Part shown: positions 26,601-39,345 of the stretch, piece after piece
Numbering within the stretch: position 1 is the stretch's first letter
How the letters are laid out: each line of letters begins with the position of its first letter
Assembly (NCBI GenBank): GCA_976226885.1
Contig: OZ320313.1
Location: forward strand, 61,318,001 to 61,382,000
DNA length: 64,000 bases
Direction of reading: 5' to 3'
From: Iphione sp. A-MEVVRFRX5
Lineage: Eukaryota
Position numbers and translations under genes: made by a program
The notes under the pieces: model-generated
Told to the model about the DNA's origin: nothing
What the model saw: the letters and a program-made list of their open reading frames with translations, nothing else
The model's database searches: none

Positions 26601-29600
26601 GTGGAATCTAATATCGACACTTCAGGCGGAGATGGATAGGTAGCGGTAAGAAAGGGGGACTTGGGACTTGGTGATGTAGACATTGCCAAGGAGGAAATCG
26701 CGAGCAAAGAAGGCACTGGGAAGGTCAGAAAAGTAGTAGGTACATCGAAGACTCGCGTGCCCACATTCATACCTCTGACAGTGGGCCGTTGCGTGCTGAC
26801 TCGGATGCAGTCTTCCGCTACTGCCCACTCAGTACCGCCATCTAAACCAGCCGACAGCCGCCGACTGCGGCCTTCCCCACACTACTTTGTAGCATGCAGC
26901 GGCAGCTTCAGCGTCAATAAGACACCGGCGCGTGGTTTGATTTACATATTGGCAAAAGTAAAGCTTTAGCAAATATTTCTCAGACGAGCGCGGGTGATGA
27001 GATGAGCTCCTTGGCATATTCTTTATCCCAGTAATGATATGATGGTGGTGCATCACGCGGTATATGGCTAGAGGGACACTCTAGATTCGAATGACAGCAG
27101 ACGTTTCATTTAAATGTCAGATTTATACGGCTCCCATGGTTTGATGATTTGCTCAGGAGCAGTAAAACCCATCCAAATTAAAGACGAGCAGGTGGCAGCC
27201 ACGAAACTCATTCCTCGGTCAGATCGAACCGCGGGGATGGCCAGGCCCGCCGACCTTCCGCACAATGACATATCTGTAGCGGGGCAGGGCGGCAGGAATC
27301 TTGGCAGCGCCAAGGCGACCAGGGAAAGATTTATTCTCATTAGGAAGACGCCCATCTATATGGCCAGCACGTCGCAGAGATGCAGGCCATCAACAGACTG
27401 GTGGGCTTGACTCCTTAGGCGGCGGACACAAGCTCTAAGCACCATTGAGCACCAGTGACGCAGAGAAGTGGTAATGTGGATATCTCTTTCGCTTGCAGAG
27501 AGCACATCGGCACTCTCAAAGAAATGAGAGGACTTTCCTCTCCCTTAGGCCCTCATTCCGAGTCTGGAAAGCGTCCGTCGGTGTGGGATGTGTGCATGTA
27601 GGGAATGTTGGTTTTATTATAATGAACTGGTGAAATTCCAGAGGTTCTCAATGTGAGTCCGTGTTCATGCATGCAAAATCCAAAATGAAATGTCCGTAAA
27701 TTTCCCCCCATACATAGACCCAGAAACACCAGTAGCATATGAAAGCAGTACTCTGGGGCATAGGGATGCATAGGGCCAGATAAATATGTGCATATGACAG
27801 GAAAACATATGTAAAATCAGCTCAGTTTGCATATAATTAGCATACAAAATTCAATTTGCACAGATTCAGCTGAATTTCAAGAGACCTGCACAAAAATACA
27901 CAATTTATGCATTGTTAGCATGGTCTACACGATACATATTTAAACACACACAGAGGGACACAAAGGGACCTACAGGGTCACAAAGGGACTATCCCCATGC
28001 GGAAGCATCTGAGAAGAGGTGTTGAGACGCTTCCAGCACAGACACATGAAAACTGAATGCGAGCAATACCAGCCTTTTGCTTCCTCCCGGGACATGTTTT
28101 TTTGTACTCGCTGCTCGGTTACTTCCCCTCTGTGATATCTGCAGTCTCATAGCTTGATCCGTATTTAAAAAAATAGACCAAGGATCCATAAATGCAAATA
28201 CGAAAACTGTGCGTAACTTAAGATCTATCGATCCATAAATAAAAGAAAAACTGTACCTTGCTATCCAAGCCGGAACTCCAAAGGAAAGCTTTTAATCCCT
28301 GGTTTCTTTCCAATCCTGTCCTAGAGTAACATGTGTCCTTGTTGAAGACTTTTAAGTATATGCATAAAGTAAATACAATCGGTTTTTCCTAAAGGCTTCC
28401 CGAGGAAAGGTATTTCCCAATTGGAGACGTTTCCCTCATGTGGCTATCCACTATTTAAAGTAAAAATTATACCCTCAGGAATTGGGACATGCAAATAAGT
28501 TCTTGTTATGCTGAGCAGAATATCATATATTTGTACGTTAGTTCAAGATGAAGGTTTAGGGAATGGGGGCGTTCTGGGGGTATGGTGAAGTTTCCATGCA
28601 TGCATGCCTCCATGTTGGTCTGTGCATGTTTTATTGCGTATTTTTGGGAACTATAGTTAAAATGATGAGTATACCTATGCATGTGTGTCCATGCAAAGCC
28701 GTATATGGCTATGTTTCAAAAATGGGAACTGTCCCATTTTCTACACGACAATGCCCATGTCGGTCAATGTTTCTGGCATGTATTTTTGGGAACCATTCAT
28801 TATCACAGGTGTGTAAACAGGAAAACACAGTGAATACATGCACCTCAGTGTGTATACAATTATTATCAGATTAACACAAACATGCTCTGATACGTTCATG
28901 CACAGACAGCCACAGATACACACGTGCATGGAAACCCTGCCTAAAAGAAGATATAATACACAGCGAATGCACCTCCCTGTCAGATACCCCACACGTGCGG
29001 TTGCAGTAATCGCACAACTCGTTAAGGTAAATCGCTATAGGTTTACAACGGCAATTCCGCCATCGCCTGGAGTGTCATTAGTTCTGTTTTCTACAGTTAG
29101 CCCAGTGGACATTTAGATGACTTTCATTGAATTAACGACTACCTGACTCGGTTTGATTATTGGATTTACGACAGAGATACATTAAGACTCGTAGGCAAAG
29201 GCCGATTTATCAAGATGGACCAATTTAAATAAAGTTATCGTTAAGACAAAAAAGGTAACAATCCTAACTTTCAAAGTTGATTAAACTAATTTACCCGCTA
29301 CGGTTTTACGAGAACTGCAAAAAAAGGCTTGCCTAGCTACCGCCGATCGTCGAGGGTCGTAAATTGGCATGGACACTTGCATTGCCAGTGGGCCAATCGA
29401 TTGATTATTCATTGTCTTGGCGGAGACATAGCTCTGATCGTCCATTGTGAGCTCGTCTGGGATAATTACATGTTAGGGACATGGCTCGAAGCTACCAACG
29501 CGGTGTCGTCGGCGCCCATCGATTGGCGTCACGTCTGCTACACGCTCCATTCAGGGAGTGGTGACGGTAAGCTTGACTTGGCCATTAGCAATCGTTAATT

Positions 29601-30351
29601 ATGTAGAGGAGTGCGTCCTCATGCTGCTGACTGCTTTCCTGCGTCGATGAGGTGAAGCGCATTGTTTACTGCCTCTTCGGACAACTTGCCGAAACTTCCA
29701 GGTTCTTCTCCACTCTATTTTAAGCCTTTCCCTAGCACCTTGTTAGGAACAATGCTCACAAATGATAATCTATGTTTGGGGTGGACTAGTTTAAATGTAA
29801 CGACAAAACAAAATTGTTTCGGTGAAACGAAAGCAATCTAATAGAAGTTTGAACAGTGGGTATCCCAAAGTGTTTTTTTCTTTCGAAAAGAGAATAGAAA
29901 TACATGTAGTTGTATGCGTGTATGTGTCCACATGTTCATTTATATCAGGGTAAGTTTCTAAAAATATATTAATAGAATAAAAGATACATAATGATCTTTA
30001 TCGTGCTTTCCAATTGGTCTCCCTCTAGCTTGTGTCTATAGAGAATTCATTTGCACAGATTGTTCAATTTTCAACATTGGATTAGTAACCCGCGTAAGTT
30101 CGTATCAAAAGAACAGTTGTCATTGTGACACTGCAGAAACAAATTAAGTTCACTGCATTTTGTCAATACGTGCACTGATGCGTTCGGATACTCCAGTGCG
30201 AAGTTCTTTTTAGATAACCGCCCTCGTTTTTGTACAGATACAAATTTATGGTATACCCAAGTGTATCAATAGATTTTTCGAGACTAAAAAATGCATCAAA
30301 GCAGCACTGCTAACTTCACGAAAAGATATTTATGTAAATCTGTATTTGCTC

Positions 30352-30378
30352 AATAAACATATTGAAATTGAAATTGAA
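30352..30378 (+). mobile_element. 3' tail of a non-LTR retroposon (LINE/SINE-like)
   Basis: AATAAA (30352) is followed directly by (ATTGAA)3, a short tandem tail of the kind seen on CR1/L2/RTE-group elements. No ORF2 was recognised upstream. Confidence 0.5.
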
Positions 30379-30531
30379 TGCGACTGAATGTTTTTGGACA
30401 TTGTCCAAAACACATTTTTCCCTCAAACGCAGAAAGTGTAGTTTCGGGTACGGGGTGCAAACATGATTAACGTTTGTATATCGTGAATGATGCATTACTG
30501 AGGTATTTTAAGGGGTGTACAAGCGCATTTG

Positions 30532-30533
<2 letters not shown>

Positions 30534-30571
<38 letters not shown>
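30534..30571. repeat. (GA)14 microsatellite followed by a G run
   Basis: Read directly from the sequence. Confidence 0.95.
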
Positions 30572-32372
30572 AGTGAGGGTTGTAAAATAGTACCTTGTAC
30601 TTTGACCCCTGTTGTAAGTTTATAACCCTCGGTTCTGCTTGACTGAACAGAGGGGGTAGGAATACACCACTCTGTGTAGAAAGTAGGGCCACATATGTCA
30701 GCCTCCATGGCTGGACTACTTTCAGGCAACGTTTTATATAGGTAGTGTAACAATAATCGGTGTGTACATACATACATACCGCAAAAAAAACTTTCTATTC
30801 TTCTGTAAACTCAAATATATGTGAAACATCGGAACATGTATCATATCAGGATAGTTAATATGTCTGTGAGCGTACATGCTCAAGAACACTCATCACAGAG
30901 TGAATGAAATTGAAAACAAATAAAAGGAGGATACAAATAGCATAGAAAGGGATAAAACTGGAGAGGTATGCATGTACCATCTCTCGCCTTTATTCTTATT
31001 TTCCTTCCGTCTTGTGGATAAGTGCTGAGTGCCTTGTTTCCACATGCAGAGATCTAGACATCTTTGTGCTTATATGTATCATTATTAAACCTCCATAGCC
31101 TCATATTCATCAAGACAACGACTCGGCATGCACAAAGGAATGAACCAAAGGTCTTAATCTACAATAAATGAGATGGATTATACAAATAGTTTAGCTATTA
31201 TTTTGTAGGACATAAACGTAAATAAATAAAATAACATAGAACGAATACTGTAAGAATACAGAATTTACCGGATGTACAATCGCCAATATGGAGTCATGTA
31301 TTTTTAGTTAAACTCATGCTGTTTAACGCATTATGTGAATTAATGACTTTGATTCAGAATCTCTATGATTATAAGCAGTTAGCAATTAGATGTCACTAAA
31401 CTGTCGTGAACGTTGAAATATTTGCTAAAGCTTTACGACTTGATCGCTATGATGTCATTCCATAATAGGATTCAATACGCGAGATAGCATTCTCTAAATG
31501 CCATCTCCGACAGAAAAGATAAGAGTCCCGCATTCCGTCGTTGTACTTGTCGATAGCTGCTTTACAGAGACTGTAATTTTTGGCTTGCCTTTTAACTGTG
31601 TGGAACAATCTATGGCAAGTGACCCAGAGGTTTTATAACTGCTTCCGATGCCCACTGCAAACACGGAAAGCTTTTCTAGATTAAGGCTTTTAGTCAACAA
31701 AAGGCCTGAGAAGGGGTCTTTTGCCGCAAGCTGAACAAAGTTCCTAACCATGTTTCCTCGTTTAGTGGGGAGGTCCACTTGGGGAATCGATTAGGACTGA
31801 TTATTGAGTTGATTCCAACATGGTGGCGTAAGATTTGGAGACGAGCAGTCTCCAGTCCGGAGAAAGTGGAGAAAAATATCCCATCCTGAAGGAAATGGTC
31901 ACTGGGCTCGAGAGGCGACGTTTATGGGGTTCTGTTAGTTGTGTGCGGCCATTACCGGGGTGGATGCCTTGGTGGGAGTGCATAAGGGGGCTATTTTTTC
32001 AGTATGTGATTGGATTCGAAACGCAAGAAGAAAACTCTCATTGCTGAGCCCAGAGGCACCTGCTGCTCCGTCTTTCAGCACACACAGCCCCCGGAGGGCT
32101 ACAAGGGTGGCGAATCGAATTTTTCATTTTTTTCCTTCCCCCGGCGCATTGGCACGCGCCTAATGCACCTCGGGGTCCCCCAGAAACACATTAATCGCCC
32201 AAATTTCCATAATTGCATCAGGCGGCCGCGTCTGATGCGTCAGGTTTTCAACGGTGTTTGTGTGCGGCAGAACCCATGGCTGGCGGGGGTGCCGCCAGGA
32301 CTGTCCGTAACCAGGGCGATGGCAGCAAATAGCGCTTGTCGTTGAAGGCCAGTGTCTGCTTGACCCCGCGTC

Positions 32373-32510
32373 TATATAAGATCAAAGATCATACCCCTTT
32401 CCAATAACACCTTTAGACCTCCCTCTCCGTCTCTGTGTGCTTCCTGCGCTGTACCCTTCAGCTCTTCTCTCTGTCGTAACCCCTTCCCCTAACTTCATTT
32501 CGGACGCGTT
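32373..32510 (+). promoter_or_regulatory. TATA box plus pyrimidine-rich (CT-box) core promoter, filamentous-fungus style
   Basis: TATATAA at 32373-32379 is followed by a long C/T-rich stretch (about 32395-32510). No convincing downstream CDS. Confidence 0.35.
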
Positions 32511-35292
32511 CGTACCTCGGGCGCCTCACTGCTGACATTTGTGGCGATCGCCACCAGAAAAGGAGACCATTGCTGGCACCCTCCTCTGTTTAATATTTGT
32601 CCAAGACTGCAAAGACTTTCCATGAATGCCATTAGCAATGAAACTTGAATGCATCAATGCAAAAGTCATAAGATTGCCTGCAAATCGACCACAAATGCTG
32701 CACATCTGCCTGATGCAGAACAGAGCGATTGATACCAATAGTGTTTGGGTTGCCAGGGTAGAGGCAGGAATATCCCATGAGAATACTATCGACTTACCCT
32801 CACAACACAGACTAGGCACTCTAGAAGTGGCTCACCCTATTGAGCTGCCAGCTAGTCTGGGCCAATACGGATATACGATGGAAGCGTGGGAAGTGATATA
32901 GAGGGACACTTTCAGCTGTAATCGTATGCCATAAGTGCCAAGCTTTGCCGGTAGCCAATAAAGCATACGTCCGAGCTGGCCTTATTCTGTAAAACAAGGT
33001 AAAAGCCCACCTTTCACTGCAGACAATAGCTGCTGAAGGCTTCGTCATGTGTGTGCTGACCTTCAACAGCCAAAATAAATGATATATATGTGGGAAAAAT
33101 ATGTATCCTGAAAGAGATATAGCAGACAGATATGCATGAATGTTTGAAAAGAAGATGTATATAATTAAAGAAGAAGGATCCCTCGATGAAACCATTTAGT
33201 GTAAATGGTTGTTGAAGGAACTTTTAGTTTGTTAGCTCATGACACAAAGCACATATCACATTTTCTTATTTCAGAGTCAAACAGAGTCATATTTGTTCAT
33301 ATATTCTAAAATCAGTGAACATAATGTGCAAATCATCAATACTGAGGTGCACAAAAATTATATAAAACCAGCATTGTTCTATATAATGTGGCCCCGTCTT
33401 AATATGTAGCCATCCTGTAGAACTGTAAAGCTCTGATTAAAAGCTGTCCAATACTGATTTACTGATAGAAGCCCATTGATAATATTCGAAATTGCCAGGT
33501 AATAGATATTAAAGCACCCTATTTATACTTTCATTTGATATATAGCGTCAAAGAAGCTAAGTCTTAGATATAAATTTGTAGTCAGGCCGTTCCTTCCCAA
33601 AAGTCCTCTTGCACTATGGAGGGTTTTCTAAATGAGAATTGCCACGACTGGGTCAAAGGTCAACGGGTTCGAGGCAACGGTCGTTATGGAGAGGGCAGTT
33701 TGCTCCAGAAGCGTTTCTTTAAATGTCACCATGGGTAGAAATAACGAAAGTCGATATATCACAGAGGATGTTAAGTCATTCTGAATCGATTATTTTATTG
33801 AATCAACTATCAATGGACACGTAGCCAATCTATTTCTATGTTATTGCGTTAGTTGTCATATTTTGCTCTGCATTTACAAGTTACGTATCCTTCACTTTTC
33901 TATTCTCGCCGACCTGTCAGTAGACGTCCATTCTGTCTTTTTATGTGTCCTTCTATCGCCTGCCTTGCTTTCGTCGTCCTTGTATCACGCCCATGGTTAA
34001 GTCTCTATCGGCAGCAGCCTCAGACAATTACAGACACCTACGGACATAAAGCACTTGGGAAGTGGCGCTACCTTTCGGCAGTCAAGCCTGGGCACGTCCT
34101 ACAAATAAGGTGATGGATGTAGCTGCTTGCATGATCTATCAGGCTGTGACTACCACGGCCCGGGATAATGGTATCATTCATCCTAGGACAACAGTGGCTT
34201 CGCTCCGTCGGGCCCGACAACTGCCGACGGCTGCAAGAATGTCGAGAGAGAGACTGACGGACTAGGTACGAGCCGTTTTGAGGGCCAGTAAGGGGTGTGT
34301 TGGTAAGAGGGCGAGTAAGTCGGTTTAGATGGAGGAGAGAGAGAAAACTGCCTAGGTATGAAATGGGGTGGAAGCAACCGGAGGTTGCAAGAATGAATGA
34401 AGGAAATTGTGGAGATCTACAAAAGAATTTAGAAATGCCATATCGATATGTAGAAGTCAGCTATTTAGAGGAAGCAGGAGCGAATGCGGAGTATAAATCA
34501 GCATCCAGGGGATCTTTTATGTGTTCACTTAAATTCAATTATGTGTTCAGATATGGCAAGGCACAGATATCGTACTGATCGCTGAATATTATGATTGCGA
34601 GATAGTAACGCATTAGGATAAGGGAATATGATTGGTACTCTTGTATGGCGTTCCCTACATCCATGAAGAAAATTCTTGCGAATTACTAATTATCTACCAT
34701 CGTCGTAGATTCTGTTTTACATTGTGGTCGCTTTAAAGAAACCTCTCTTGCATTAATCAGGGGGATCACCTTGAATCAAATACGAACACATGGTGCATGG
34801 GGATTTACAATTAGCTTTTCTTTCCGTGATAGACCCACGTCTTCTCCTTATTCCTTTTACCTTCCTGCACCACCTCCTCCTTATTGTACTCCTTCTCAAT
34901 CTGGTCTGTACTATGCATTTTCGGCTCAGTGTCTTTCTCGCTACCTCGCACATTTCGCCCAAGTATATTAAAACCACACCGACATTCCAGGCACCTGATG
35001 AGTGGTTGTGCCCTTCCCCCTACCTAAACAATATTCCCCGTCTCACGTGTATTGCATTAGCTTAATGCCTTCCATCCACTCATAAACCTAGAGTCACGCC
35101 TGAAGACAATGTTTACCTTGAGGATCTATACGTCTCAGGGGAGGAACCCAAATAGCTTGGCTTCATAAGCTGCCGGCCTCTGATTGAGACCTGCATGCCT
35201 GTTACAATGGTTCATCAAAGGTAGCACACAATGCTGGCTGATTGAATTGGGTATCTTTTGATGGTCTCAGGAGTGACAGCTGACCACCCGAT

Positions 35293-35403
35293 TAGCCCCC
35301 TCTGGTGGCGTCAAAGGTGTTCAGAACAGACCCCTTCCCGGAAGGCGTCAACGCCGCCCCCTTATCCTACAGAAAACTCAGTAGCCAATCGATTTATGCA
35401 AAT
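35293..35403. promoter_or_regulatory. CTCF-like site, CCAAT box and octamer cluster
   Basis: The minus strand at 35293-35308 reads CCACCAGAGGGGGCTA, one mismatch from CCASYAGRKGGCRCTA. CCAAT is at 35385 and the ATGCAAAT octamer at 35396-35403. Confidence 0.4.
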
Positions 35404-38400
35404 GAGATTCGATTAAGCAAAAAATGAATAGGTGGCGAAATGAGATAGGCCCTGCAACAATTAGTTGCCTCGGAAAGGAAGGTCACCGGCTTGCGCTGTC
35501 GAACGCTCAGATCAATGCAAGCTTAGGCGACCGAATCTAAAAGGTGCCCAGCGTCCTAAAGAAACGGAATAAACGATTACCAAAAGTCGGCGTGTTAGTG
35601 ACATTAGGGCCCATTAACCCCCCTCCCAAATACCAATCTGCCGGCCCACGGTGTGTTTTCCTAGTCTTGTCTTTAAAGGCTCACCTTCCTCGGAGGGGAT
35701 GTACCTTCTCCATTAGTCGTAGAGTGAGCATATCCAATTACTCCCCGAGCTGCACTTGAAAACGTTCTGTTAAATAAGATCCTATAGAATTTCTCTGACA
35801 CAGTCACTTGTTCTATATTAGCGTTCAGTATGAATGTTTACATATCATACTCATGTCCAAATATGTACAAAAGGTCCAAAGCCATGATTTTCGTCGTTTA
35901 TGTATACATCTGCAGTTCTGCATGGGAGAGAGTTACAATGGAATACCTTGTCAGTGCAGCTCTTTTCACGATTGCCTATTCTATCCACCTGTGTCACCTT
36001 TGCTTTAATTTCAACAGGCTCAGGATGGACTATGCTTGTTTTTTTCATGAAGTTCAGCTCTATAAAAAAAACTATAGGCGTCAATGCAAAGGGTACACCA
36101 TGGAAATGCATGAGAAAGGGAAAGAAGAAGTATTATTCATTTCATTTCATTGTATCTTTTACCAGGAACTAGATATTCACCTATCACCATACCAGGGTTC
36201 TCCACATCCTCCTGGAGTAGCATACTACCATTTATTATTAAGAATTGAGAGACCAGAATACCCAGGGTTGTCCCCTACTCTTATTTCAAATAGGTTGCTA
36301 GGGTCTGAATGCGCAACCTCTCAATCAGTGGACAATTGCTACACCAACTCCCTATCAACATTAGCAGCTGTGTCTTTAAGCACTATCCAAGATATTTTCA
36401 TGTAAAAAGCACAAAGTATGCAAAAACCACCTCTTTTCTGAGCTATGTAGATGCAAAGGCACAAATATGTTAAATCTACCTTTTTGAGAAACGTCTATGG
36501 GAAGAATGTTTTTCATCTTTTTCCTAAACGTGTTCATCGGGTTGTAATTTGAAAGACCTCCAAAACAATCTTTTAGCATACTGTTTTATCTGTTTAAATG
36601 TTTTGGAATAAATCAAGAATATGAAAATATAATAATACAACCGTCTATTCATCCATACATACCTTTCATCCAACAGCAATATACATATGAATGGATACAT
36701 TCTCGTCCATCGAGACAAGATGCTAAGGGCTTCGTAAAGGCACAGGAATAACGCAGGTGAATGGACAACTGCCCTATTTCTGTTAGTGACCGCATTGGGG
36801 TAGTGATTTGATTTGATTTACAAAACGTGTGTGGCTTGGAAAATTGTCTTGAATTCTGGTCATGTCTACATTGTGAACCATCCGCAATGTCGCATTGGAC
36901 TGCATTAAAAACTTGCTTAAATTTATCTTCCTGTGTTTACTGCCGATGCTGCCGTTAAGTTTAGAAGGACTGGTAACCTGCATCGTGTGAAGCAGATCCA
37001 CTTCAACCTGACAGTTTCACCCTTTGAAAATACTCTATGTTATGGGCTAAAGACACAGGTAGCCAGAGGGTGCCCGGTACCTGGCACCGCCAAGGAGATG
37101 AGGTGGCGAGGGTTGGCGGGTAGCTTTAGTGGAAGAATCAGTAAAGAGGGCCGGCTAAGCCCCGGGAGCCCCTCAGCTATTCAATATTGCCTCCCAGCAC
37201 AGTCGCTTGATGAATTGATGCATAACATACTTGGTGAATGGTTATCATCCGGGCGGCAAGCGTCTGCTCACGGGAGGCAAGCGCGACAGAGAATATTATC
37301 AATATTGCCTCCGTTGCACCAGCAGTTGCCATAATCCTGCTCTCAACCGCAACAGACATGTCAACAAATCTTGCCCCTAGAACAATGTCAACGTCTGCGA
37401 AGCTTTCATTTCCTCTGTTCCTTTAATAAGCTAACAACAAAATGTCCAAAATCTTCATAAGTTTGGTCATTTCTTGTATCCGCAGGCGATATTGGAAACT
37501 CGCAGAGGCCACAAGAAAGGGCTGATTTAGCGCAGGTTTCCACAGATGAAGTTTTTATGAAAAATTAGTCTTCGGTGCATTTCGTCTTGTTTTGGTACCG
37601 CCGTCCCTGCCTCAAACGCACTGACGACAGGAGGGGACATTTACTATGCGTGTTACCATATGTTTTTATGTCATCCATTTCAGGTGAGAATTATCCATTT
37701 ACGTGTATGTCGTTCAGGACACAAGAGGGCTAGGGTGTTAACGGAAATACAGTAGGCAATGTCCCTGGCGGTCACCCGGTCACCGAGCTATACAGACAAT
37801 TCATGATCTTAAAAAGAGGTGATCACTGGAGAGAGGTAGTTTATATATAAACGCTGCAGTCTATTGCAAAACCAGTTGAGCATAGTAGAAAGGTGACCGC
37901 TTGGGAGCGGTTACCGTTAGGAGACAGTCTGGAGAGAGTACACTATGTGGCTGTTATATTATCGTCTCTACTTGAAACACGATACGAAATGTCAGTGAGC
38001 CTATTCAAATAGGCACTATCACGATTACGGAAAGGGATGTCTCTCGGTCTTTAAACAGGGAGAAAAATAGCTGTGGGCTAATGCACTGGATACACCTGGT
38101 TGAGAGTAAAGTGTTTTGTCAAATATGTCATCAACTCCACAAACGACTGGACTGAAAACCGTAACCGACACGAGTGAGTGCTTCCGTGGTTTGGGCAGCT
38201 GTCTCCAATGACCCCAAGTCCAAAAAAGGATCTGAACACTGCCGGACCTCCTCCTCTCCGCATATCAGGTGTTCCCATTGCCATAAAAAAACAAATTGAC
38301 CTTGTAAAAAAATGCTGTGAGCCGGCCGATTGACGATGTAATCACACATAACGGATGGACGGCTGGGCGGCGCGGTCGACTGTAATATTAGATAAAGCTC

Positions 38401-38993
38401 TCGTGCGGGTTGGCCATGTCGTGCTCCTCCAGGACAGGAGGGGCTAAATTTCGGGGATGGGAGGGAGTTCCTCCGGTTATATTACCATCATGAGAAGCAC
38501 AACCAACATGGTCTCAATAATGGGCACAAACATGAGACGAACGTACTCGCTGTCGTTGACAGTCAAGCTTCATCAGTGGACCTTAGCCGTTCAGGAGAGT
38601 AAATTGATGGACAACTTCAAACTGTCACAATCTATACGTCAACTGCCAGACTTTGCAGCACATGCTACTCTGTACATAGTCATTGGGGTGCACATAAGTA
38701 CAATATTATGGTTTCGTTATAGTGCATCACAGTCAAGACCTTTGGATAAGTGAGGTATTTACAGTGGAATATTGGAGAAATTAGAAGATGAAAACTGGAA
38801 GAGACCCATGATTCACTGCATCTTCAAAGGATTGGATATGAGGACAGTGCTAATATATCACATTGTGGTACATCATACTTTAAGTGACTGTAAAAACTAA
38901 TACACAATCAACTGAACCCTCTGGTGGTCTTTGGCGGCTTCGAATAGAGACATAGCAATGCGGACCTCTGTGCCATTGCCTTAGATACTGCGT

Positions 38994-39345
38994 ATGGCCG
39001 GGACGCCGTTGACTGAAGGTCATTTGAAGCCGCACGGAGCCTTGGAGGTGACAAGTTATCAGACGTGCCGCTGGTGTCACGACAAGCTCGTCCACCCGCC
39101 CAGATATGTCGTTCCTACCGTACGTGCCGGTCGATAAGTGTCTTCACACAGAACCGAACGTGACCAAGCAATAGGATGAATTTGTTGTCCAGTTTGAGAC
39201 ACACGCATATCCCCTGCCACTCTGTGAAAACGTGAGTGGGACATATTCAGGACAGCGCGCACAGCTTTCAACTGACCCATCAAAGGTGTCCCACAAAAAG
39301 CGCCTCGATTTACAGTGGGACGACCGGGAGATACCCATAAATTAA
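38994..39345 (+). CDS. Small spliced ORF with two short fungal-style introns (exons 38994-39119, 39175-39231, 39286-39345; 80 aa, unknown function)
   Basis: Intron 1 is 55 nt (GTACGT...GTGAC...TAG) and intron 2 is 54 nt (GTGAGT...ACTGAC...AAG). Both are phase 0 and splicing gives an open frame: MAGTPLTEGHLKPHGALEVTSYQTCRWCHDKLVHPPRYVVPT-DEFVVQFETHAYPLPLCEN-VSHKKRLDLQWDDREIPIN*. An AG acceptor at 38983-84 suggests further upstream exons are possible. Confidence 0.4.

Noticed and set aside
31494-31778. VWA-like word VFAVGIG in a 94-aa ORF
   Set aside because: There is no MIDAS (DxSxS) motif or other VWA strands, and a 7-residue match is within chance.
33666-33674. tRNA B-box-like GGTTCGAGG
   Set aside because: No A box, cloverleaf or acceptor stem.
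36191-36223. 2A-like peptide MLLQEDVENPG on the minus strand
   Set aside because: It lacks the x position and final Pro of D(V/I)ExNPGP, lacks the preceding Gly, and has no downstream endonuclease ORF.
35830-36405. 191-aa ORF
   Set aside because: It crosses a (TTTCA)n repeat and AT-rich sequence, with no domain and a composition typical of random ORFs.
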